DNA from: Gloeobacterales cyanobacterium
GTDB lineage: Bacteria; Cyanobacteriota; Cyanobacteriia; Gloeobacterales; PMM-0068
DNA length: 64,000 nt
NCBI GenBank assembly: GCA_038245785.1
Contig: JBBRSB010000009.1
Location: 67,397-131,396 of the forward strand
Reading direction: 5' to 3'
Shown piece after piece: positions 29,270 to 38,320 of the stretch. Made by a program: the position numbers and the translations under genes. The notes beneath the pieces were generated by a model. The model made no database searches, was not told the origin of the DNA, and was given only the letters and a program-made list of their open reading frames with translations. Every line of letters begins with the position of its first letter. The first letter of the stretch is position 1.

Positions 29270-30784
29270 CTATAGACTCTTCTCCATCAATGTTAGGGCA
29301 TTGAGCGCAGAATAACTAACGCCTGCAGTCCCTTCGCCAGGATAAGTACTATCTCCCACCAGCCAAAGGTTGGGGTAGGGCGTTCGATTCGAAAAGGAGA
29401 ACGGTCCAAATTGAGCGGGTCGCTGGCCCAAACCGCCTACTCCACCTAGAGGCCGCGCTGTAAATTGATGAAAAGTGCGGGGAGTTGCCGACTCCACATG
29501 GAGGATATATTCGCGCAAATTGGGGAAGAAACCAGCCAAACGGTCTATCGCTCCTTCGGTATAGCGTTTCTTCATTCCTTCATACTCTTCCTTCTGCATT
29601 TGCCACCAGGCTTTGGTGTCGGTGAAAGAAGAAGCAATAATCGTGGCTTTACCCTCTGGAGCCCTTCCATCGCCTGGTTTAGAGACAGAAACGAACAGAG
29701 AATTGTTTTCGCCAATCGGGCCATCAAAGTCATACAAGAACTGAAGATGGGGAGGACAATCTTCAGGAATCGCCGCTCGGTCAACGCCTAGATAAAGGAC
29801 AAAAGCACCGGAAGGATCGGGCAGTTTATCTAAGCGGGCTAGCTGGCGGAAGGGTCTCTCGTCACCTTCTCCATCCAGCATTTGGCTCAGGGCATCAGGG
29901 GTGACATTGGCAAAAATTTGGTCAGCCCGCACCTGCCAAACTTGTTCTTTGCGCTTGTCAAACACCTGAACGCCAACGATCTTCCCATTCTCTCGAAGAA
30001 TGAGCTGAACCTGTTGCTGAACCAATAACCTGCCACCGTACTTAGTCAGCCCTTCCAGCAAACGGTCGGACAATATCTGCATACTGCCTTGCAGGTGATA
30101 AAGACCTTGGGGTTCTGTAGAAAGTCCTAACGCCACTGCCGCATAGAGCACAGCGGTTTCGTCTGCTCCTACTTGGGAGTAAAGCTTGAGCTGCATATCC
30201 AGAAAGCGACGCAGCTTCTTATTGTTCTGGAGGTCGTAGTCTTTAAGCACATCTTCTACGGTTCGCCAGGTATAAGGAATCGTACTCAAAGTTTCTGGAC
30301 GAAGCTTGGTACCCAGCGTCAGCAAGTCTTTAAAATCTGTAGGCGGCAAAATTGGGTCACGACTGTTGAAACGCCAACTGATTTCAAAAAGTTCATCCAT
30401 CTTTTCCCAGAAGGGTTCACTTCCAGGAAATTGTTGACTCCGCTCCTGTTTCCACTGAGCAGGATTTCGCCATACGGAGATTGGTTCCGATTCGTTCGGT
30501 AAATAAACGGCACAGGCAGGATCACAGGGTGTACTTTCGGGTACGCTAACGCCCAATTCTTCAAAAATCTTGTAATGAACCCCGCCCGGTTCCAAACCAG
30601 CTACCTGGGTTGCGCCCACATCAAAAGTAAAACCTCGGCGTCTAAAGGTCGAGGCACAGCCGCCCGCAATCGTGGCCTGTTCTAGGACAAAAACATCAAA
30701 TCCCCGCTTGGCCAGCAAAGCCCCTGCCGTTAAACCACCGATGCCCGCTCCAATGACCACCGCTTGTTGATTGCGTATTCCCAT
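29270..30784 (-). CDS. crtD: carotenoid C-3',4' desaturase (myxoxanthophyll pathway)
   Basis: GAGIGG FAD motif, FDVGATQVAGLEPGG.H, QLKLYSQ, HLQFLY, GDS..PGEGTAGVSYSA. Confidence 0.88.
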   Translation of the reverse strand: MGIRNQQAVVIGAGIGGLTAGALLAKRGFDVFVLEQATIAGGCASTFRRRGFTFDVGATQVAGLEPGGVHYKIFEELGVSVPESTPCDPACAVYLPNESEPISVWRNPAQWKQERSQQFPGSEPFWEKMDELFEISWRFNSRDPILPPTDFKDLLTLGTKLRPETLSTIPYTWRTVEDVLKDYDLQNNKKLRRFLDMQLKLYSQVGADETAVLYAAVALGLSTEPQGLYHLQGSMQILSDRLLEGLTKYGGRLLVQQQVQLILRENGKIVGVQVFDKRKEQVWQVRADQIFANVTPDALSQMLDGEGDERPFRQLARLDKLPDPSGAFVLYLGVDRAAIPEDCPPHLQFLYDFDGPIGENNSLFVSVSKPGDGRAPEGKATIIASSFTDTKAWWQMQKEEYEGMKKRYTEGAIDRLAGFFPNLREYILHVESATPRTFHQFTARPLGGVGGLGQRPAQFGPFSFSNRTPYPNLWLVGDSTYPGEGTAGVSYSALNALTLMEKSL

Positions 30785-30903
30785 ACGTCTATCGTGCCGT
30801 AAGTTGGCACAGAGTGTACTTATACCTGCGTTTTATCTTGCTGCTAACGACCTGGTTTCTAAATCTCTGGGATACTGCCAGGAAGTATCTATTAGATTGT
30901 GGT

Positions 30904-31103
30904 TCAGTGCAGTGATGGATGAGACGGATCAGCTTTTAAAAGCTGATAACATTGGTCTGCTGTCTCCTGAACGTTCTTGGGCAAGTCGTCATAGCACTTC
31001 CAAAATCTTCGGGTTGTGTAGTGCATCAGATTTCTCGACAATGCCCCGCTTTGAACTCAGCGATCGCTTCTTCCGCCAAAGCATCCAGTTTGCCGTCTGC
31101 AAC
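30904..31103 (-). pseudogene. remnant of a ParE-like toxin-antitoxin pair (antitoxin 3' end, toxin 5' half)
   Basis: Own translation of the minus strand: VADGKLDALAEEAIAEFKAGHCREI*, TGATG overlap, then MHYTTRRFWKCYDDLPKNVQETADQCYQLLKADPSHPSLH* (31026-30904); same family as 59237-59506. Confidence 0.8.
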
Positions 31104-31116
31104 GACTTGTTACATT
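31097..31116 (-). other. truncated attC (R'' and L'' half) ending the DUF6602 cassette
   Basis: Minus strand AATGTAAC-AAGTC-GTTGCAG right after the stop codon; AATGTAAC is the exact complement of GTTACATT at 31944-31937. Confidence 0.7.
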
Positions 31117-31118
31117 TT

Positions 31119-31919
31119 TTATACTTCTCGCCCCCAAATCAGCTCCTGCGGAACATAGTTATTTAGTGCAGCCCTGCGCTCACCAGCCGCATGAAGCCAT
31201 GAGGAAAACCAGACCAACCACGCTAAAAGAGTATTGCTACCAAATTCATTAACTTGATAACCCGAGCCAAGGATTGCGTTAATATTCCCTCCTACTGAGG
31301 CCAACAATTCTGCACGATGTGCGCTATCCACCTGCCCTAATTTGCTTAGTTCATAATAGTGACCTGATCGCACCAATGTCGATCCAGGGACTATTATAAA
31401 ATCCGGTTGATATTCACGAGGAATATTTGCAAGTTCAGATTCAATGTGTGTTTTTATTATTTCAGGCTTTGGCCCCTCAAATGACCAAAGCACAAACAAT
31501 GACTCTTTGATATTTTGGCGCCCAAAATCCGAGGCATACTCTCGTGCTAAAGATTTAAATTTAATACACTTTTCCAGAGAGTCACGAAGAGTTGTTGGTG
31601 TAAGCTGAGTTTTTACTTCTATAAGAGAATATACGGATTCTACTAACCATATTTTTTCACTGTCGCTCCCAAAAAGCGGGGCGTTTGACATTTTGTCAGC
31701 AATAATAATATCTGCCTGATTAGAAAATTCTCCGCTTTTTGAAAGTATAAGCCCAGAACTTACTTCGTATTTACTTGGTAAATATGTTGATAAAGATGAA
31801 GCTACCATTCCTTCTCGGTTAGCACCAGCGGATGGCTTGTGTGTTGCGAAATAGTCACGAATGCTTTGAGATTTACGCTCAAGCTCACTACTAATATCTT
31901 CAAAATATTTGTTGAGCAT
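31119..31919 (-). CDS. DUF6602-like protein (PD-(D/E)xK nuclease-like fold)
   Basis: H....G..RE, YLP..Y.V.SG.I, S.QADIII.D, ESVYS.IEVKT.L. Confidence 0.75.
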   Translation of the reverse strand: MLNKYFEDISSELERKSQSIRDYFATHKPSAGANREGMVASSLSTYLPSKYEVSSGLILSKSGEFSNQADIIIADKMSNAPLFGSDSEKIWLVESVYSLIEVKTQLTPTTLRDSLEKCIKFKSLAREYASDFGRQNIKESLFVLWSFEGPKPEIIKTHIESELANIPREYQPDFIIVPGSTLVRSGHYYELSKLGQVDSAHRAELLASVGGNINAILGSGYQVNEFGSNTLLAWLVWFSSWLHAAGERRAALNNYVPQELIWGREV

Positions 31920-31936
31920 TTATTCTTACTCGATTT

Positions 31937-32115
31937 AATGTAACTTGTTATTGTACAGAAACTTTCCGTATATTCCCTGGGAATCAGGATGTTATCCAGA
32001 AAAATATCGGCTGAAATCCTGATCTGACGTTGAATATTTCTGGATATCACACTGATTTAGAATGATATCCAGAAATATTCTGAATATCGCCCCATATCGG
32101 GGCATTATCTGGAAA
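31937..32115. repeat. cluster of alternating 10-bp motifs (TATCCAGAAA-like), resembling a recombinase binding site
   Basis: TGTACAGAAA 31952, TTTCCGTATA 31963, TATCCAGAAA 31993, 18-bp perfect inverted repeat 32032-32049/32063-32080, TTATCTGGAAA 32105. Confidence 0.7.
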
Positions 32116-32334
32116 TGAAACTATGACTATAGAATAAAGCTTCCCCGTAAGAAGCTGCTAGATCAAGGAAGACATGTAACCCGAGTCAAGTACTACTCCT
32201 AAAAGACCGACAAAGAGCTACGTGAATTGGATATTGCTCAGGCCTCATTGAATTACGGTAAGACTTATAATTCGCTAAATATTAACTTGGTTAGCCACGG
32301 GCTTTACAAATTTTTATTATGGCTAGAATCACAC

Positions 32335-32392
32335 TCTATAGACTAACTAAAGTGTCATAGGCAATCTTATGACACTTTAGTTAGTCTATAGA
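32335..32392. repeat. 25-bp perfect inverted repeat with 8-nt spacer
   Basis: TCTATAGACTAACTAAAGTGTCATA-ggcaatct-TATGACACTTTAGTTAGTCTATAGA. Confidence 0.9.
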
Positions 32393-32429
32393 TAATCTAA
32401 AATTGCTGTCCCAAATGAAGAATCGAGCA

Positions 32430-32506
32430 AGCTGACAGCCTGGATTTGAGCGGACATAGGGCAAATATAGCGTTTTTCGTCGTTTCGATCCAACGATTGG
32501 TTATGT
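32430..32506 (-). other. degenerate attC-like site
   Basis: Minus strand ACATAAC-CAATC-GTTGGATCG...CGCTCAA...GTCAGCT; good R'', one mismatch in the L pair, R' reads GTC instead of GTT. Confidence 0.45.
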
Positions 32507-32566
32507 CGCCGCGCTCACCTGCTAATCCAGACTCTATTGAGCAACGATATCGCCATAGGTTACTCT

Positions 32567-32947
32567 CTAAATTGCACCGATTGCCTGAATTGCAAGTGCC
32601 AGAAATTGCTCCGCACGGTCAATCTGTTCTGCGGCTTGGTCGGTTGTTATGGCATTCAGTTGTCCGTAGTCGCTAGTGGTTCGGAGTTCCTGTGCCTCAA
32701 TCAGGAATCGGTGAAAGTCTGGGGGGACTCGTTGAGGCTTGGCAAATTCTCGCCCGAAGGCAGCGATGACGGCTGAATGTTTGGAAAATGAGAGCTCTTC
32801 GCCTTCTAGAAATGCTTCTGCAATGTAGAACATGGTGTAGTAGGCGCGAGATGTGGCGTAGTCTGGATAGCTGTTGGTGAGCAGGAGTTTCGCGGCGGCT
32901 AAACTTTGTTGGGCTTTGAGGAGAAGTTCCCTTTGTTCAGAAGTTAT
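32567..32947 (-). CDS. HEPN-domain toxin of an MNT-HEPN pair; start codon reads ATA (possible pseudogene)
   Basis: Frame extends upstream of the listed ORF as (I)TSEQRELLLKAQQSLAAAKLLL...ATSRAYYTMFY; SKHSAVI and LR..SDY motifs; ATAA overlaps the MNT stop where ATGA is expected. Confidence 0.8.
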   Translation of the reverse strand: MTSEQRELLLKAQQSLAAAKLLLTNSYPDYATSRAYYTMFYIAEAFLEGEELSFSKHSAVIAAFGREFAKPQRVPPDFHRFLIEAQELRTTSDYGQLNAITTDQAAEQIDRAEQFLALAIQAIGAI

Positions 32948-33264
32948 AGGAGGACTCCTTCTTTGCGGATGTTGCGCATCAGGGAGCCAGCGCGAGTTTG
33001 GTAGTGGGTTTCGTCCATGAATAGACAGCTAATGACCACATCATAGTGAAGGGAGAGCGCAGCGATCGCTTTGCCTGTCCGTTTTATTTCTTCACCGGGA
33101 TTGACGGGAGACCTCAGTACCACCAGCACATCAATGTCTGACCCCGGTTCAGCATCACCACGGGCTTGGGAACCAAAGAGGGTGAGGTGAAGGAGGCGAT
33201 CGCCGTAGAGTTCGGTAAGGTTTTGTTTTAAACGGGTCAGGATAGATTTGAGTGTGACGTTCAT
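32944..33264 (-). CDS. minimal nucleotidyltransferase (MNT) antitoxin
   Basis: LFGSQARG....SDIDVLVV, C-terminal NI..EGV. Confidence 0.9.
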   Translation of the reverse strand: MNVTLKSILTRLKQNLTELYGDRLLHLTLFGSQARGDAEPGSDIDVLVVLRSPVNPGEEIKRTGKAIAALSLHYDVVISCLFMDETHYQTRAGSLMRNIRKEGVLL

Positions 33265-33409
33265 GGCCGGGAGAGATCGCAAATCCTGTGTCTATAATAT
33301 CCAAACCGCTTGCCTCCTTTCCAGGCTTAGCGGTTCTACCCGGCCACGGGTAGCGGTTTGCTAACAAATTTAGAGTAGCTCCAAGTACTATCCCAACCAA
33401 AGAATCGCA

Positions 33410-33437
33410 GCAAAACGGCTCAAATCAGCGGCGTCCG
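33410..33437 (-). other. attC-like right half (L' and R')
   Basis: Minus strand GACGCCGCTGAT-TTGAGCC-GTT; the matching left arm is missing. Confidence 0.4.
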
Positions 33438-33505
33438 TAACCTTAGTAACCTAACATTCCGAATCTCCCAGGCGTTAGGCTAGAGATATCGTGTGGTTTA
33501 CTCCT

Positions 33506-34876
33506 ATGACCCTAGACCTGCAAAGCCTTATTCAAAAACACCGTCATCAAGCGGATTTCATCCAGATTCGCTTAGAACAGTCGGAAGGGACCGATATTGT
33601 TCTGCGTGGAGAAATCCTCGATACCCTCAGCCAGTCTTTGTCCGTGGGCGGAAATGTGCGGGTTTGCCACAAAGGAGCTTGGGGATTTGCCAGCTTTAAT
33701 CGTCTGGACAAGCTAGAGGAACTTCTGCTGGAAGCGATTAGCAGCGCTCGGTTAACGGGAACGGATCTGACAGAACTGGCTGAAGTAGATCCGATTGTAG
33801 ACCGGGTGGCCTTGGCTCTGAAGGGGGCTGATCCTCGCAGCATTCCTCTGGCGCGCAAGAAATCTTTGGTCCATCGCTACAATGAACTTCTGCGGCACCA
33901 TGACCCCCGCATTACTTCAACGGTGGTGCGCTATGGCGATACCTATCAACAGGTGACCATCGCCACTTCTGAGGGAACGTTTATTGAGCAGGAATGGGTA
34001 GATTTGGAAATGCGGTTTTCGGCCACGGCCCGCGATGGAGAAACGGTGCAGACAGGCCGAGAAACCCATGGTTCTCGTCAAGGCTATGAAGACCTGGAAG
34101 GATTGGATGAACGGGTGAAAGGTGCCGCCGAACGGGCGGTGACGGCGCTATCACTATCCCCTGCAGTAGGGGGAGATTACACGATCGTGATTGACCCGAT
34201 TCTCTCCGGCCTATTTGTCCATGAAGCTTTTGGCCATCTTTCTGAGGCGGATATCGCCTATGAAAATCCTGACCTGCTGGAAGTGATGACTCTGGGCCGC
34301 CGATTTGGACCCAAAGAGCTGAACATTAAAGATGGAGCTTTACCCACTGGACATCGGGGCTCCTATGTCTACGATGACGAGGGCGTTCCTGCCACAACGA
34401 CGACCTTGATCCATGAGGGCGAACTGGTAGGCAGACTGCACTCCCGTGAGACAGCGGGTAAGCTCGGCGAAAAACCGACGGGCAATGCTCGAGCTCTGGA
34501 TTATCACCACACCCCGATTGTGCGGATGACCAATACCTGGATTGAACGAGGCGATAGTTCTGTAGATTCCCTGTTAAGTGATCTGAAAGAGGGGCTTTAC
34601 TGCCGCAATTGGCTCGGTGGTATGACCAATGGCGAGATGTTTACCTTCGCCGCTGGAGAAGCCTGGATGGTCCGCAACGGGAAACTTTGTGAACAGGTGC
34701 GGGATGTAAATCTATCGGGCAACGTCTTCCAAACTCTGTCAGACATCGAAGGTATCGGCAACGATTTCTACTGGGATGAATCGGGCGGTTGCGGTAAAGG
34801 TGGACAAAATGGACTTGCCGTAGGCTGTGCTGGTCCGAGTCTACGTATCCGCAATGTCTTGGTGGGCGGCAGTTAG
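33506..34876 (+). CDS. tldD: TldD family metalloprotease (second paralogue)
   Basis: HEAFGHLSEAD, YDDEG, PIVRMTNT, GGCGKGGQ. Confidence 0.88.
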   Translation: MTLDLQSLIQKHRHQADFIQIRLEQSEGTDIVLRGEILDTLSQSLSVGGNVRVCHKGAWGFASFNRLDKLEELLLEAISSARLTGTDLTELAEVDPIVDRVALALKGADPRSIPLARKKSLVHRYNELLRHHDPRITSTVVRYGDTYQQVTIATSEGTFIEQEWVDLEMRFSATARDGETVQTGRETHGSRQGYEDLEGLDERVKGAAERAVTALSLSPAVGGDYTIVIDPILSGLFVHEAFGHLSEADIAYENPDLLEVMTLGRRFGPKELNIKDGALPTGHRGSYVYDDEGVPATTTTLIHEGELVGRLHSRETAGKLGEKPTGNARALDYHHTPIVRMTNTWIERGDSSVDSLLSDLKEGLYCRNWLGGMTNGEMFTFAAGEAWMVRNGKLCEQVRDVNLSGNVFQTLSDIEGIGNDFYWDESGGCGKGGQNGLAVGCAGPSLRIRNVLVGGS

Positions 34877-34928
34877 CTCCGTAAGTGCTTAACTTATATT
34901 CGTAGCAATTCAACGAAAGCGACGGACT

Positions 34929-35399
34929 ATGACGCTCTATCTCCAAACTAATCATCTAGAAGCTATCCGTAAGCACGGAGAACAGACCTATCCCAGAGAA
35001 TGCTGTGGGCTGCTTCTAGGGACATTCAAGGGTGACGATAAAACGGTTCATGAGCTGTGGCGGGTGGACAACAGCTGGGATGGAGGGCTAGAGGTTGCCG
35101 TTAAAGAAAGTATTGGTGCCGATGCTCAGGGCTCAGAGCGAAGATTTTTAATTAGCCCCCAGGACTATCTAGACGGCCAGAAGTACGCGCGCGATAAGAA
35201 TCTCGATATCATTGGCAACTATCATTCCCATCCAGACCATCCGGCCCGTCCTTCTCAATTTGATGTGGATACGGCTACTTTTTCTGGATATTCCCACATC
35301 ATTGTAGCTATTGAAAAAGGAGCATCTAAAGACCTGACCTGCTGGCTTTTCAATGATGACCGGGCTTTTGAACCTGAAACCCTGCAAACGCTTACCTAG
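34929..35399 (+). CDS. JAB/MPN+ (M67 family) metallopeptidase
   Basis: YPRECCGLLLG and YHSHP..PA.PS.FD JAMM motif. Confidence 0.92.
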   Translation: MTLYLQTNHLEAIRKHGEQTYPRECCGLLLGTFKGDDKTVHELWRVDNSWDGGLEVAVKESIGADAQGSERRFLISPQDYLDGQKYARDKNLDIIGNYHSHPDHPARPSQFDVDTATFSGYSHIIVAIEKGASKDLTCWLFNDDRAFEPETLQTLT

Positions 35400-35833
35400 A
35401 TCCGAAAGCCTTTTTGCAGTGGATTGATAAAACGTACGCCTTCAATTACGGCCCCAATGTTGAAGTCTTCGCTGTATATTTCTGAGATTTGGTTTAGCCG
35501 AGCCGTAGCCCATATCTGAGCATCCCAAAATCCAAAGCTATGGATTTCAACGCCTCGCAGTGCTTCGAGGGTAATGAGTCGGGTCACATCGAGCACTTCA
35601 CAGACTGCCAAATAATTGCGTATGGAGGCTATAGCCTCGGCAGGACTGAGGATAGGACGCCGAGAGCGAGTCGTGGCTGCAAAGAACTCGCCGAGCACTT
35701 GCGTACTAATCACCGCGCGGGTGGTGCGAACCAGCTTATTCACCGTCTCAATGGCTCGGTCCTGTTTTGCCGTATCTAAGGGGTCATATAAGTAAACGAG
35801 TATATTCGTGTCGAGCAGAACCCTACCACTCAT
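35396..35833 (-). CDS. PIN-domain (VapC-like) toxin
   Basis: LDTNILVY, STQVLGE, FWDA.IWA.A, YSEDF, NP. Confidence 0.9.
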   Translation of the reverse strand: MSGRVLLDTNILVYLYDPLDTAKQDRAIETVNKLVRTTRAVISTQVLGEFFAATTRSRRPILSPAEAIASIRNYLAVCEVLDVTRLITLEALRGVEIHSFGFWDAQIWATARLNQISEIYSEDFNIGAVIEGVRFINPLQKGFRI

Positions 35834-36077
35834 AGAGATCTTCCCTCTTCCAATCCCGTCCTCCGGGCAGGGCTACCCGCTTTTTAGTCCGCTCAATGAA
35901 TGCTTTTTCTTCTTCCCAGGCGTCGAGGCTGGTTTTGGGAGACACCGTGTAGGCGATGTGTTGGTCAATCGCTTGGCGAATGATTTCAGCCTCGCTAATC
36001 CCTGTTTTCTGGGCTATTTCTTTGAGTAGTAGCTCTTGACGAGGCTCGATATAAACTTGCTTGCGGACTTTACTCAC
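35823..36077 (-). CDS. RHH/CopG-type antitoxin
   Basis: RKQVYI...Q..LLK..A...G.SEAEIIRQAI, C-terminal W.REDLYE; overlaps the PIN gene. Confidence 0.85.
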   Translation of the reverse strand: MSKVRKQVYIEPRQELLLKEIAQKTGISEAEIIRQAIDQHIAYTVSPKTSLDAWEEEKAFIERTKKRVALPGGRDWKREDLYEW

Positions 36078-36097
36078 GATGGATTTTGCTGAAAAGC

Positions 36098-36121
36098 GAT
36101 GTATACATTATGTCATACATC
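36098..36121 (-). promoter_or_regulatory. putative antitoxin operator
   Basis: GATGTAT-N10-ATACATC inverted repeat 20 bp upstream of the antitoxin start. Confidence 0.45.
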
Positions 36122-36181
36122 ATCTTGAAAGCTTTATGCTGGAACGAAACTAGAACCAAAAGAAATCATCGGAGATTGGGT

Positions 36182-36673
36182 GTGGACAACATACCGATTA
36201 AGCGTCTAAACCAAGAGTTATTGGACACGACTTCCCAGAAAGCCCTGAACAGTCCTCGCTTGCGCCAGAACTATGACTTCCACGCACTGTCAGAAAGAGT
36301 CCAGCGATTTATCAATGCATTGCAGCCGGGCACCTATGTTCGTCCTCATCGCCATCTACGGGTTCCAGGCGTAAATGGTTTTGAGTTCTTTTTGGTACTG
36401 CAGGGTGCTTTAGGTATGCTCATCCTCGATGAACAAGGACAGGTGATCCATACCGAACGTATTGAAGCCCAAGGCCCGACCCGTGGCGTTGAATTGGCAG
36501 AGGGCAATTTTCACACGTTGGTCGCTCTGGAGCCCAACACTGTGATGCTGGAACTCAAAGAAGGTCCGTACGAACCAATGACCGACAAAGAATTTATGCA
36601 GTCTTTCCCTAAAGAAGGAACGGCCGAAGCCCAGCAGTGGGTATCGAAATGGGAAAGTCATTTTGAGTCTTAA
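36182..36673 (+). CDS. WbuC-like cupin-fold metalloprotein
   Basis: SPRLR.N..FH, QRF.NA.QPGTYVRPHRH, FH.LVAL, E.KEGPY.P; GTG 36182 is the probable start. Confidence 0.8.
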   Translation: MDNIPIKRLNQELLDTTSQKALNSPRLRQNYDFHALSERVQRFINALQPGTYVRPHRHLRVPGVNGFEFFLVLQGALGMLILDEQGQVIHTERIEAQGPTRGVELAEGNFHTLVALEPNTVMLELKEGPYEPMTDKEFMQSFPKEGTAEAQQWVSKWESHFES

Positions 36674-36790
36674 CTGTATAAGTTAGGCAGTATTGATAAC
36701 TTTTGAATATCGCCTTGCACTTCTATCGGAACTAGTTGAAATTGCAGGTAATATATAGTGGAACCCCTGCTTTTGTTATAAAGGCATTCT

Positions 36791-38320
36791 ATGTTGACCC
36801 GGCTGAAAGTTTCTGGTTTTAAGAATCTTGTTGATGTAGATGTTCGCTTTGGACCATTCACCTGTATTGCTGGTGTTAATGGTGTAGGTAAATCCAATCT
36901 GTTTGATGCAATAAGATTCTTGAGTGCACTGGCTGATCTGCCCCTAATTGAAGCTGCTCTGTCTGTTAGAAATGAGGGAGGAAAGACAGGAGATGTGCGT
37001 AGTCTATTTCATCGTGTTGGTGCAGAATATTCAAATGAAATGTCTTTTGAAGCAGAAATGATTGTGCCAATTCAGGGTGTGGATGACTTAGGCCAGACGG
37101 CGAAAGCGAGCATTACTTTTCTGCGTTATTCTGTTACATTGGCTTACCGATCTGATGACAGCCTTCGTTCTCTTGGCTCACTAGAGATTATCAAAGAAGA
37201 GTTGCTCCATATTAACCGAAGAGATGCGAATGAACATTTACTGTTTCCTCATATAGCGAAAACTTGGCGCAACTCTGTGCTGAAGGGGAAACGGACATCA
37301 GAGTTTATTTCAACTGAAATTGATGGTACGTCTCGTATTATCAAATTGCACCAAGATGGTGGCAGCAGTGGCAGACCATTATCCCGCTCAGCAGTTAATC
37401 TTCCCCGAACTGTTTTGTCTGTAACGAATGCGGCTGAAAGTCCAACAGCCCTGTTAGCAAGGCGAGAGATGCAATCTTGGCGTCTACTTCAGTTAGAGCC
37501 TTCAGCATTACGTCAGCCAGATGAATTTACTGCTCCTACCAAATTAGAACCAGATGGATCTCATTTAGCTTCAACACTTTATCATCTTGCACGATCTAGT
37601 CAACATAAAAATCAGCAATCTAAAGATGACGTAGATGAACAAGTTTATGCTCAAGTTGCTAATCGTCTAGCAGACTTGATTGATGATGTAGATAAGGTAT
37701 GGATTGACCGTGATGACCGACGTGAACTTCTAACGTTAATGGTTACTGGTCGCGATGGTACATCTCATCCAGCACGAGCCCTTTCGGATGGAACAATGCG
37801 TTTTTTGGCATTGGCTGTACTTGAACTTGATCCTGAAGCTCAGGGACTTATATGCTTAGAGGAACCAGAAAATGGAATTCATCCAGAACGTATCCCTAAG
37901 ATCCTTCAGCTGCTTCAAGATATAGCTACTGATACTGATGAAGAGATTAGTTCAGAGAATCCACTTCGTCAAGTAATTATCAATACTCACTCTCCAGCGG
38001 TTGTACAGCAAGTTCCCGAAGATAGTCTACTAGTGGCTGAATCAAGAGAAACAATACGCTCTAATCAACGATTTAAGCGAGTGTGCTTTAGTAGCTTGCC
38101 CAATACTTGGCGTAGTAATAAAAGTCCAGGAACTGAAAAGGTGAATATTATTTCTAAAGGTCAACTTCTTGCTTATTTAAATCCAGTTCCTTCAGAAAAG
38201 ATGGATTTTGTCACTAATGGACATCATAAACATACGCGCTATACACAGCATAAAAAACGTCGCGTGAGAGATAGGGAAGATCTACAACCTCTTATCCCAG
38301 GGTTTCCTGGCGAATTATGA
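36791..38320 (+). CDS. ABC-type (AAA_21/AbiEii-like) ATPase
   Basis: Walker A GVNGVGKS, signature LSDG, Walker B/D-loop LEEPENGIHP, H-loop INTHS. Confidence 0.9.
   Translation: MLTRLKVSGFKNLVDVDVRFGPFTCIAGVNGVGKSNLFDAIRFLSALADLPLIEAALSVRNEGGKTGDVRSLFHRVGAEYSNEMSFEAEMIVPIQGVDDLGQTAKASITFLRYSVTLAYRSDDSLRSLGSLEIIKEELLHINRRDANEHLLFPHIAKTWRNSVLKGKRTSEFISTEIDGTSRIIKLHQDGGSSGRPLSRSAVNLPRTVLSVTNAAESPTALLARREMQSWRLLQLEPSALRQPDEFTAPTKLEPDGSHLASTLYHLARSSQHKNQQSKDDVDEQVYAQVANRLADLIDDVDKVWIDRDDRRELLTLMVTGRDGTSHPARALSDGTMRFLALAVLELDPEAQGLICLEEPENGIHPERIPKILQLLQDIATDTDEEISSENPLRQVIINTHSPAVVQQVPEDSLLVAESRETIRSNQRFKRVCFSSLPNTWRSNKSPGTEKVNIISKGQLLAYLNPVPSEKMDFVTNGHHKHTRYTQHKKRRVRDREDLQPLIPGFPGEL

Noticed and set aside
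30771..31166. 131-aa plus-strand ORF
   Set aside because: Antisense to the TA remnant and attC half; no recognisable features
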